DNA of 64,000 nucleotides from Paramecium tetraurelia (taxonomy: Eukaryota): contig CT868319.1 in NCBI GenBank assembly GCA_000165425.1, forward strand, positions 310,001 through 374,000, written 5' to 3'. Below the pieces are notes generated by a model. It worked only from the letters and a program-made list of their open reading frames with translations, was not told the DNA's origin and ran no database searches. Within the stretch, counting starts at the first letter, position 1. The number at the start of each line of letters is the position of its first letter. The position numbers and the translations under genes are program-made. Below are positions 25,159 to 38,313 of this stretch, piece after piece.

Positions 25159-26699
25159 ATTTATAATAATGTTCTAAATGTCATAGAGTATTCCGATTTG
25201 AATACATCTAAATTCTATCAGAAATTAATTTAAATTGTGATATAAGTAAGGCTCTATTATAAAGGAAAAAATGTATCTATAAAGTAAAGATTCTAATAAA
25301 TGCCCTTTATAATCTAATATGGAAGACTACATCTAAAAGTTAAACGTTTTTTGAAGTATAGGAATTTTTTGATATAGCTTTTAACATTTTCAAATTCTAT
25401 TAGAAATTTAAACTAGAATCTGAAAACTAATGCAATTTAAAATACTATAATTAATTTTCTAAATAAAAAATTCTATTACTATAGCATTTAAGACTTGCGA
25501 AGCACCAAAAGCTAAATATCATCTTATTAATTCATATCACTTTTTGGTTACAATAAACCATCTAAACTATTAAAGTATCTCTACACTCTCAAAGTCATTA
25601 AAATTTATAACCTTTGACTAACCATCAATTATTGAAAAATTACACTTTCGTGCTGAGGTTTTACCTTCAATAAAGACATTTTTATGTATTATTTTGCAAT
25701 TTCAACTTTTATTAAGTACATGAAAATTTATTATATAGATAAAGTTAGCACTAAAAAGTAAAATTTAGGATTTTTATAAGCAAACAGTTAGAGTCTTGAT
25801 TCTTTCTTTGCTGTTCAAAATTAATTAATTGTTTTTCACCGCAATTTTTCTCATATCACAATTGAGTTGTTTTATTAAGTGACTTTACTTTCATGAATTA
25901 TCATGCAATAAATTCACAATTGGAAAGAATCAATATAAATTTCAATCGTAATTGTATTAAATATCTAGAACTAATTATGGATTCTTATTTAAGGAATAAA
26001 CATATTTTGTGCAAGCTAAAACAATTTTCTACGAATAAGGGAAAAGCGTTTTTAGATAGGATAAATCTATGTTAGTTTATTTTAGTCATATTGATGACAA
26101 TAATTATTCAATAAACTACTATTAAATTACAAATAGCAAGTAAATAAATGAAAAAACTATTAAGTAGATTTGGATCTTTCATATATTTGTATTAAGAAAA
26201 ACAGAGTAATTGGATTATTAAGTGTAAATTAAATATATTTCCTTATATATTTTAAATTTTACATTCTCATAAAGTAGTAAAAATTCTATATTTAACATCA
26301 GCAATTGATTAATTAAGAATATTTTGAATTTTGATAGAATTTTTATTAATTCTTACTCATATTACTTACCTTTACTAATGATGAAACTCCATTTTTTTAT
26401 TAATAATTGTAAAACAATTTTGATATGAAAAATTGATAAAATCTTATTCACTCTACACTATTATCTGAAGTACACTTTTGCTTTGATAATACAAATTTAC
26501 TTCTGCTATAAATTCAAAATAAATTATTTTCATTTTCTTGTTTAAAAATAGGATTAATAAGAAACATAAAGAAAAACTAAAGCAAAATGGAGTCTTAATA
26601 ATTATGCTTGAATAGCCAAGCGCTAAATCATTCAGCCTTTTGGCTTTTAAAGGTATCTGAGCCTAATTATTATTTTTATCTAATTGTAACAATCTTTAA

Positions 26700-27830
26700 G
26701 CTTGTTTAATCTAAGTTAACATCATCTACAAATAACAATACTTTCTGCTCTAAATTTCTTTTGAACCTTAATCCCAAGTTATTAAATATTATGCATCATT
26801 ATTCATACATCCAAATATCAAAATCAGTTCATATTCAATTGATTATTCTGTTTTAAATTCCCCATGATCCACTCCTATTTAGCTTGTCACTAAATTGATT
26901 GAAAGAGATATCATCATCATTTAGAAGGCATATTCTATTATGATATTGATTATTTAGACCATAATCAATCAACGATCTTTTTAAGACTATTCTATAAACT
27001 CAAATATTTTGATTTCTTTACCAGATCAAACTATTACACTTGAGCTATCTTTTATTAATTGCAATTGAAGAAATTATCAGTTTCTTTATTGTAATTTCTC
27101 CACCAATAATTAATAAGTAAAATGGTTTGATCATAATGCAGAATAATATTTAAGAATTGGTACTTATGTTTAGTTGAGTTGCGATTAATCAATTCCTTTA
27201 ATTAAGTCTTCAAATTTTTGGATTCCATTATTCTTATATTACTTTATTGTTTCTATTTGAGACATTACTCTTATTTTAAGCTTGATTTTAATTTGGCAAA
27301 GTTCCTATTTTGTTTTCATTACTCAATTAATAAAAAATTATAAACTGTGAATTTTTTATTGCAATACAAGGTAATAAAAATCTTATTAAAAATCTGGTGA
27401 TAATTTGAATCTCAACGATAAGTGCATTTCAATATCATAAAGAATCTAATCAAGAAAATCTTGAATCTTTTTTGAATTTAGACAATTAATATTAAGCATA
27501 GACATGATACTTAATTTTATTATAACCAATAAGCTCCTAAATTATAACAGATTAATTAGACCCTGCATTTTAAATAGAATATATCAAGAATTTAGAGATC
27601 TTTAATGAACTATTATTTATAAATCTATTTAAATACATTCATTGCAATTGATCATAATAGGCTGTATCTTGATAGCTTTTCGCCACATTTCTTAAATATG
27701 GCGAAATATTATCTAAAGATTTGTGATAATTATGTGTTCTAATTGAAAAATTCTAAGGTACCAATTTAATCGAAAGAAAATATTTAATTTTCATAAGAAT
27801 TCTCTTTTAGAATTGTCCTAGTAAGTGATA
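26700..27830 (-). pseudogene. Degenerate WD40-family paralog
   Basis: Remnant motifs IKPFTYQLL, IAINK.DSSSVIV*SGKEIKIFEF and MNNDAQYLITWDQGSKEIQ, with stops and frameshifts. Confidence 0.5.
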
Positions 27831-30191
27831 GTTATATTGAAGTCTAAGAGTGCATCACAAAATAATAACATGATACTTTTATATTATAATAAAATTTTCC
27901 AAATTATAAGTTTAGATACTTTTGTATTAATAAAGGTAAAATAGCTTAAAAGAGAATTTATTTTATTCCTTTTTTAATTTTCATATATTTTGTCATTTTA
28001 TATTAAAAATATATTATAAATAAGGGATTATTCTTAATATTATTAATAAAATATGAAGTAGGTTCAAGTTGTTAAAACCTTTAAATAAAGGACTAACTCA
28101 GAATCTAGGTCAATCGGTCTTTATAAGTAAAATAACATAATTTGGAATTTCATAATTCAAGATATTAAAGAAAAAGAAAAATTAAACAATTTTATAAGGA
28201 CGAACATTCAGTTATATGTTGGATTTTTCCTGACTTCTTAAATAGCATGTTTAATTCTGATAATTATAGATTGACAACTGCTGAGAGAAATTAAGTTAAT
28301 GAAAATAATAAGGTTCAATATTTACTACTAAATGTAGATCATGCATTTCTATCTTAATAAATATAAAATGTTTTAAAACTTTTTGGGAATTAGAGAAAGC
28401 CATAAGAAATTAGAAATATCTGATAAAACATGTCTTCGAATTAATGTCCACAATTAGTTAAGATTTAAGAGAGTATTGGCTTCCTTAAGTGTTTTAGGCT
28501 AAGAAGTTCAGTTATATAATTGTTAGAATTTATCTATGAAAAGGATAACTTAATTTATGGAACTTAATATTATGTAATAAATAACTTTTAGTATCATCTT
28601 AAAAATTTGAGTTTTAATAACTATATTACTTTTATGATTTGGTGATGAAGGAGAAACAGGTTGACATTAAAGGATAAAATTATTAGTAATAAGACTTGTT
28701 AATTCATAAAAGTATTTAAATTATGTATTTTTAAGTTGAATAACTAAATTTAAGTAGGAAAATAAGTAAAACCTAGATTGATTAACCAGAGCAGAAAAAC
28801 CAAAGTTATTCAAAAAATATCCTTAGGAATAATAAGAGAATAATTCAAATTTATGAGACCATTCCAAATAAAAAACACTGGTGCTCCAAATACATTAGGG
28901 CAAGAAAAAGAAAAGAATAAAGATCCAGTAGGAAAATAATATTATGAAGAATTCAATAATAAAGACAGGGGAGAAAATGTAGCAAAAATAGAAGACAAAA
29001 TTAAACCAAATTAAAAGTTTAAATCCTTCATTAACTAAAAATTTAAACCTAATTATAATCAAGGTAAGTTTGAAAGACTTAATATTAATAAAAGTTTGAC
29101 GAAGTAAAATTTCTATTCGTAGGGAGAATTATTGGATTAAACCTGGGTGATAATAAAATTATCCACCAACTAACAAGTTGATATATAATAATGAAATTTA
29201 GAATTATAAATGGCTACACACATTATATACTATACTATCAGATTATTAAATGATCTTCATAATGCTTTCTTTATATAAGTGTATTATTAATTACTATTTT
29301 ATCAATAATAAATAATAATATGGAATTATAAAGAAATTTTTATTAATCCTAATCCATGAATTATACTTATATTATATACTTTTTATTTACTAAATTTTAT
29401 TAATAATATATCATAATTTAATTTTTACTCTTTCTGCCTCATTTACTTTAATTAAATTATATGTATTAATTATTATAATATGATAAATTTCTATAAAATT
29501 AATTCAAAATATGAAAATTCTTATTAATGTTATTTATTCGCTGAGCTAATTTTTCTTATTTTTTCCTCAAATTATGTTTTTCAGAATAATATATGCTAAA
29601 TATATTACCTTAAATCTCTTGCCTATTTTACACTATTTTTATTATAATAAAATTTTAACCTTTCATTTAGAATCAAACTAGAACAATTTTAAACAACTTA
29701 AAATATGAACTAAATTGTCATACCTAAATTTTTTATTTTCTCGTTGTATTTTACTGAAAGTTATATCTTTTTTCTAATTTAAATAAATCAAAAAAATGGT
29801 ACTTAATAAATTTTAAGATTGAAATAAAGTTTTATAATGATTATAGTTATAAAATAGGGCTGTAATAATGTAGAAATATTTAATTTCTAATCTAATTAGA
29901 TATTAAAGTGTATTATTAAGAATACTTTCTAAGTATTTAGATGGTAGTTGTTATTTTAATATTACCTGCTTGGGTGTTGATAAAAAAATTAAGAAATTTA
30001 TAAAATTGAGTATAATGTTGAAGCTGAAAAAAAGTCAAATGATTAAAAATTTGATTTAGTATTAAATATTTGATTATCATATTGGACATTGTGAGAGGAA
30101 AGAATTTTAGACAGTTCTAACTTTTAAGATTAATTAGAATCCTTTGATTTTTTGTTTTAAGAAAAATATTTGAATAATAATTATTTGATTG

Positions 30192-33100
30192 ATGAATGTA
30201 TTGGAATAAATGGAAGTCACTATCAAAACATATTGCTATGCAATAATGAAAGAGACAATGTCTTAATTCATTTGTTCTGGATTAGTCTACAAATTATTTG
30301 TGTTTGTTGAGTTGATGCAAAATGTATAACATTCAATATAAATAGATATATTTTATTATGCATCCAATCTTAAAGTTTGAATTAGATATTGTGTTTGTCG
30401 AATATTTTAGACAAGTAATCCAATATTCCTAATTAACATACATATTAGATGCAATGGATTAAAATCAATCAATAATTTTACTCTACACAGCTTTTGGATT
30501 ATAAATTACATTACTATTTCTGATAGGGCTAGGTGTAAACTTTGTGAAGCAAAAGGTAATTGTAATAATTATGAAAATAGAAAAAAATAACAACAATCAC
30601 GTCATATTCTTTTAAAGCAATAAGTTTTTATGCATTAATTCTTAATTTATTTCTGCATGTTTGTATTATAAACATTTTCTTTGTGTTTCTCATTTGTTAT
30701 CCAGATTCATAGTATAGTTATGGTGTGGAATGTTATTCAGGTGTGTATATACTTCATACAGTAATGGCCGCGATTGGATTGTTGTTGTACTTTTTAATTC
30801 AGTATTACTTTTCGACTTTTTATATAGACTTAAAGTAAGTGTTTATAAAATATATAATAGGCCATTTTCTGATGTTCCTTTTGCTTAGCCTTAGAATAGA
30901 TATGACTATGTGAAAATCATATTTAAATGTGCAATTCTGTTATTCATTACAATTGATTATAAGGCAGAGAATCCTTACACTTATATTATCTTTATTCTGA
31001 TACTATATTTCATTTTGCTTATGTTTAGAATTTACGAGCCTTAACATTTTCAACTTGATATATACAACTTCTTAATTGCTTGCGATGTTATTTAGTTTAG
31101 TCTGGCCTTTTGTTATACACTCCATAAATTTTTGGATGATGGAGCACCTGATACAGTGGGATTTTACTTTATATTGGCTGCAATTCCTTTTGTTTATTAT
31201 TGTGCTATTCAGGTTGGTCATAAGAAGAATCATTATTTTTAAGTGAAAGGAATAAAGAAACTAAGTGATCCAAATTAACATGAACAGCTGTTTAATTAAC
31301 TTATATACATAATTGATAGAAGAGACAATCTCTAACATTATTTACTGTTGGAAGGAATACTTGTATAACATATGGAGACTTGTTAAAATGCAAATTGTCA
31401 ATGTTAGTATTTAAGTGAATCAAAATCCAAAGAATTAGATGATTTAACATGGTACAAATTTATTATTCAAATGATTGATTTATCAATTTCAAAATTTCCA
31501 AAAAGCTGTAAATTATATCTGTTACAATCATATATTTAGAATAATAAATTAAACAATAAATTCAAATGTTATTATTCACTTTAACATATCAAATCGTTAG
31601 AGACTTCATTAAAAGAAGAATTCTAATCATATAGAGATTTACATACACTTGAAGAGATAATGCAGGAAGAGGATTAGAAGGCAGAAATCATTATTGATGT
31701 TCTTCAGGTTGTTAAGTTCCAAAAATATTATGGATAATTTTAAAATCTTTTAGAAGAATCTGTTAAAAGACATTATGAATTTTGGTGTGAATTACAAGAG
31801 AATAATCCAGATATCTAAAAATTATTTACTTTAGGTAGTCAAATCACCTAATCAGTTGAGGATGTAAAGGAATTATATGATAAATTAATGGAGATTAATC
31901 CTAATCATATTAATACATTAAGAATCTTTGGACAATTTCAAAATGAAGTAATAAATGCAGACAACTTGGGTTTAAGAATATTAGAGAAAGCAACTCAGAT
32001 AGAGAATGCTTAATTAGCTTATTCAAATGAAACACAAACAGAGAAATATGGTGAAAATAGTAATACTTGTATAATGACATGTTCAGCTGAAACTAAATCC
32101 TTGGGATTAATTTAGAGTTGCAATAAAGAAATCGAAAAATTAGGATATCATAAATATGAATTGATCAATTAATTTATTACTCGTATAATGCCAAAATGTT
32201 ATGCTGATAACCATGATAAGTTTATGTCCAAGTATTTGGAAACAAATGAAAGTAAAATAGTTGGAAAGGAGAGAACAGTATATTGTTAACATAAGAATGG
32301 ATCAATCATCCCTTGTTTGTTGATGTTCAAAATTCTACCATAATTGAAAAAGGGATTAAGAATGGTGAATTTCTTCAAAGTATTAGATAACTATGATTCC
32401 CATTATTATATCTTATTTAATCCGACATCCTATTTGATATACGGTTTGAGTTAGAATTGCTAAGATTCATTTGGTATACCTGTCAATTTTGCTTATGGGA
32501 ACAATGCTCATTCAAATGATTTTAATATGGAAATTTTGATTCTTGATTTCAATCATTTAGTAGAGAAATTGAAGATTTCATAGGAAAATGTTTAGACAGC
32601 ATTTCCACTTTAATTGGATACAACTAAATTGTAGAAATAATTCATAATGGAAGATTCAGTTGATCGATTATCTTTAATGGATGAAGGTGAAATCAATAAT
32701 AATAATAATTAATTGAATCAGAATGGGATATCAGATAACTTAAAATCTTCAGTGAAAAAGGAATCATTATTCAAGGTCTACAAGATTAGTTGTACAGTTG
32801 AGAAATAAATATACACAGATTTAGAAGTGGCAATTTTAAAGTTTACAGAAGCAACAGCATTTTAAGAGGCATCAAAAAGTGGTAATTATTATTAGAGTGA
32901 GATAAAATTGAAATCAAAATAAACCAAGTATTCTTCATCTGCTACCAAAAAGAAAGCTGATTAACAAGTTAATGAAGACTATTTGAATGAGGATAGATCA
33001 TCTGTCAATTCAGTTTAATCTAGTTTGAATGATGATATGCGTAGATTAAAAGATTTCAAAGCTTTGATGAGTGAAAAGAAAGTGCCTAGAAATATAAGAA

Positions 33101-35193
33101 CAATCTAAATTACAATGTTATCATTAACATTAATATTATTGACTGTTTCGATTGTAGATTTAGTATTAAAAGGAATATAAAATACTTCATTTAAATATTC
33201 ATCCTAGATTTTATCGGACTCATACTCAGTTACAAATTAGATGTCTACAATAACTTTGCATTCTAGAATATTGGATATGATAGGCACAGGCGAATATAAC
33301 AATAGTAATGGATTCCTACCTTCATTTTTGAGAGATGATGTAAGTATAATACAATTATAATAGTTAACAAGAAGATTAAAAGTTGTATAATAATTTCAGT
33401 TTGATACTCTGAAAGTGAAGAACGACCTATTGAAATCTGATGTACAGGTCCCTTCTGAATATCATTACAATTTCACGTCTCTTTTGATTGATAACTCATA
33501 TAAAGACACCGAATTAACATTAATAGATTCTATAAGAGAAGCCCTTAGTCATTTAGTGATTATGGTTGGAACTGATTTAAAGAATTTTAAGTCCAGTGAT
33601 TACATTACTCCAGCCTAATAGTCTTTCTTTTATGTAAATTACAATGGATTAAGAAATATTAGATAAGGATTGGTAGAGAGGTTAGATTAATTTTACACAT
33701 TTTTTTAAGATCTTATTTCTAGTAAGTTCGGTACATTCTTAGCTTTGATGATTATTAGTATTATAATTTTGATTATCACTCATGCTATTGTGATACCAAT
33801 ATTATTAAAAGTGGATAAAGCAAATAATAAGGTATTGAGTATGTTTGGACTGGTAATTTATTTGTTTATCTCTATTATTAGATCCCACCAATAGAGATCA
33901 AGGAGTTATCGGATAAATGTGAAAAGTTCTTAAAAGATTACATAGAAGATTTCAATGAGAAAAAAGAACTAGAGAATAGAATCAATAATAAAAATCAGGA
34001 AGAGATCAAGAAACAGTAATAATAATAACAAGATAAACATTATATTGAGATGAACAATGAAGAGCACATAGATGAGAAACAGAAGGAACAAATAGAAAAG
34101 CAAAAAGAACTATAGAGATTAGAGGATGAGGAGAAGGAAAGATTGAGATTAGAAAAGTTAGAAGAAGATAAAAGAAAGAAGTAAGAAGAGGAAAATAAAT
34201 AAAAAAGGTATTTGAGACATAAAAAGAAAAAGAAACACAAATACAACATTTAAGAAATAGAATTGACTGAAGATGAAAGAACTCGCATAGAAAAATTAGA
34301 GAGATCTAATGAAAAGAATGATTCTTCAGCTCTCCTCAAGTTCATGTTGTTCTTTATTTTATTTACAGGCTTTTTTATAACCCAATTAGTTCTTGAAGTC
34401 ATCCTACTTAAATAATGTAAATTTTTTATTTGAACATCTAAAATTATCTCATTAAAGATTTTATATAATGATGTATAGAGTGGTTTATGGAATAGAAGAC
34501 ATCATCTAAGAGAAATCAATTACTATTGACAATGTTTGGATGCAGCAATCATATCATACTTTAATTTATGATGCAGAGAGAGATGTATTTGAATCATATA
34601 AATCGGTACTTCTAATATAATATAATTATTTTTAGTTTCCATTGAGTGGGTTTGATACATATCAATAATATTATGATTGGTTCAATTTCAATGATATGTG
34701 TTCTAATATTACGTTGATGTCTCCACTTGATACCACTATCACTGAATCAGGGTGTCGTTAAGTTCAAAATGGTATCTTAGAAAAAGGATTGAGAACTTCA
34801 GTAATCAATCTAGCACTTTACTCCAATGATTCATTAAAGATAACTGGTAACAATACTAAATCAACAATAATTAATGGAAATACATTTTAAATAATAAATG
34901 ATATTGTCAAGTACATTCGACCTGCCTTTAATACTCTGAATGAAGTTTACATTACAGATTCACAGGATTACATTAACTATTCCTAGAGCATTGAAATTGT
35001 TAAATTTGTAGTGTTGATAATTGCATGGATCATCTTGTTCTTCATCATTTGGATGCCATATTTGACAAAACTGAGTATTTAGATCTGGCAGACAAAAGGT
35101 ATGTTGAATATGATACCTATGTCAATTATTTAAAAGAATGAAAAACTAAAGTTCAGATTCTTACAAGATAATATAATGACTATGGTATAATGA
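30192..35193 (+). CDS. PAS-domain multi-pass membrane protein (TmcB / tiny-macrocysts-like)
   Basis: N-terminal transmembrane segments, HYEFWCEL, PAS motif ITRIMPKCYADNHDKFMSKYLETNESKIVGKER, and C-terminal IWQTKGMLNMIP. Several tiny introns and an apparent +1 frameshift near 34398. Confidence 0.88.
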
Positions 35194-35354
35194 ATATCAA
35201 TATATAATTATATTTATTACGTCAAATATATAATTGATACTAAAATTATCTTTATTTCTGTTTATAATTTTTATAATTTGTTCATATAAATTGCAGAAAT
35301 GATAAACCATCAGAATAAATTTTGAATATATACATACATAAATAAATAACAAAA

Positions 35355-36842
35355 TCATTCAATAGTAAATTCAGTTGAATTTTTATGATATTACTCTCTT
35401 ACTAATTGATACTTTGCTTTAAGTTTGTAAAAGAATACACAAAATATAATCATTGTCATAAAAGTCAATGCTAATCCAATTGTTAAACCCACATACAGTC
35501 CAACATTTCCATTCTCAAATATTTCAAAATAAACATTAATCTCTACTAACTAATTATGATATGCTTTTTTCTCATTAACAAAATACCCAGTCCTTAACTC
35601 CATCATATATGTTCCAGTCGAATAGTTTTGATTTGGTTCACATACCAATTATGCTGACTATTATTTTATTTCGTATTGAACTATCTCATTTTATTATTAC
35701 ACCATCAACTATCCCTAATCATATTTCAAAATCTTATTTGTATTCTCTAAAATATTCTTACTAAACAATTGCTGTGACTCAATCTTAGCAAATGCCAATT
35801 GAATCAAGTTCTCTTATAGTATTATGATGTACTAAATCTAAAATAATATATACATTCTATGTTGAAAATATCTAACGCACTTTGGTAGTAAGACTTAGAT
35901 TCTACTTTAATACACCTCTTTCATATTCTAGAACATATTATTAATTAAGCTTATTGTTCAATTTCTAGATCACATAAGTCAAATCCTCTTAAATTTCCAC
36001 ATCTATTATTTTGCCTTCCAAACGCAAAAAAGAGTTGAATTGGATTGGCTGAAATTATGCATCCAATTAAACATAACCCAAACTTGATTCAGTAATCCAA
36101 ATGATATGGTTTGCACTTTTTAATTTAAATCCAACAATACTTGTATTCTAACTTTCAAATTTTCCTATATTAATTGATTATATCAATTCCACTTGTTTAT
36201 CTTGAATTATGAATATTTCTAAAGTGTTATTACCAAAGACATAGATCAAATTATCGAAATACATTATTTATGTAACCGCCTCTATCTATGATTACAATGT
36301 AATTGGTTTATTTATTTCATCATTTTAGTCTATATTTATGATGAATAAGTTCACTCCATCCAGAATTATTAATTTATTATCTTACTGTATGTTAGTCGTA
36401 ATTAGTATTTCAGATAGGTTTTATGAAATCTATAGGAGAGTTTCGCTAAAAAATGTAAATCCCTATTCATCATTCATCTCCAATACTTTTAAGTAACCAG
36501 GCAATAAACTATAAATCTACTCTTTAAAAATATATTTACTTTATTATTTTGAATAATTATTTCACATTAATCTGCACATACATTAATTGATTGAATATGC
36601 TCTAAGTAAATTGATGGATTCTTTGGTTAACAGAAATCAGCAAATAGTACTGATGGTTCCTCACCTTCTTTCGTATTGTTTAGAGTTTTATTTAAATGAT
36701 GTATTTCAACATTGAATACATTTTAAATTGGAACCTAAATAGTTGAAATTCTTCCATGTATTATTGAAAATCTCTTAACTTCTTGCTATTGAATTTGTTC
36801 GGTAAGTATTCCATTAAGTAATAGGAATTATAAAATAAACAT
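35355..36842 (-). CDS. Type I membrane protein of unknown function
   Basis: Signal-like MFILQFLLLNGILTEQ and C-terminal transmembrane segment NVGLYVGLTIGLALTFMTMIIFCVFFYK; TGA at 35355. Confidence 0.7.
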
Positions 36843-37029
36843 TAAATAATATAATGTTATTCAAATAAATAAAACAATCCTTTATATTAATTTTCTTAAA
36901 TCCATCTTAATACTAAATATAATTAGAAAATTAACTATTTTTAATAAATATATATATTTCTATTAAAGTCGAATCATAATATTTATTGTTTTCTAAAATT
37001 ATTGTATTTTCTATTAATAAATTCTTAAA

Positions 37030-38282
37030 ATGGATTTAAGGGAAGTGGATCTGGAGATTAGTTTTAAACTTTCTCCTTAACTTGATAAGACTTTACGAAT
37101 GGAAAAAAATATAGTGTTAGAGGAATTAATTGAGTTTTTTTAATCGAGTTTGCCATTGAATGCTATTCTGAGTAAAAAAAATAAAATTTGAAACTTGATG
37201 ATAACTTTAAGTATGTTAAAGAAAAGGATAAATTAATAATATCAGCAGAAAAGCAGTTTATGGTTGAATTAGATTTTGGGGATGTTATAGAATATAAAAT
37301 AGTGAGTTTTTCATAATTTAATACAATAAAGGAGCTTAAAGAAAATCTTTAAAATTATTATAATAAACAATCGAAATTTGAATAAATAAATATTGAAATT
37401 TATAAAGATCACATTCTATAAACCAATGAAAAAATCACTATATATAAATTGCTTGATTTAGATAAGGAAATAAAACAACCAAAAATCGAAGCTAAATCTA
37501 TTACTTAAAACTAATAGAATCAGGAGCCGAATGACAAAACATGCCTAAATAAATAATAATTTGGAAAATTGTAAAGTGATTCTCAAATATTATAAGAATT
37601 ATAATTACTTAAAGAGTTGATCAACTCAAAGTTCAAAATTTTAGAATTGTAACTTACAAATATTTTAGCAGATTCACAAAAAACTATTTTAAAAGAATTA
37701 GAATTTTATGAGAGAGATTTTACTTAAAATTAATAGTTATTAAAGCAATCATTTATAAATAATCCTGATTGGATTTATTAAAAATATAAATCATTCAGAA
37801 TATATAATAAGGTTTGCTAAGCACATGTATAATCAATATTTGTAGAATTAGAGAAGTTTGAATCTAATTTATAAAAGGAATAAGAACAAATTACTAAATT
37901 ATATGAAAGTGGTTCTATTCAATCAAAAAACTTAATGAAAGAATAATAGTACACTGTCGGTAAAAAAAACAAACTAACAAATAACAATTTTGAAATAGAA
38001 ATAGAAATAGAAATTGATACTACTTTTAGTGAAATAATTGAGTATTTAGAAAGTTAATATCCTTCTGAATTTAAGTAATACATATAAGTCTTTGGTCCAA
38101 TACAGAAATGGGTAGGATTCTCAACCAAAAGAGAGAGAGTCGTGAGTATTTCAGAAAAAATGTGTACCTATCCAGTCGATATAATCAAAGTTGGTCCATT
38201 TCACATAAACATACCAAAAATAATAAATAACTTAGAACTAAAAGTTGAAATATATGAGTTGAAGAATTAACATCAAGTTTGA
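37030..38282 (+). CDS. Hypothetical protein with an apparent frameshift at an A-run near 37180
   Basis: MDLREVDLEISFKLSPQ, then a long code-6 frame after the shift ending EIYELKNQHQV-TGA. Confidence 0.5.
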
Positions 38283-38313
38283 ATAATTTAATAATTTAAC
38301 ATATATTAAATTT

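Noticed and set aside
34010..34030. Run of TAA codons that looks like multiple stops
   Set aside because: It is a poly-Gln tract under code 6 inside the PAS gene.
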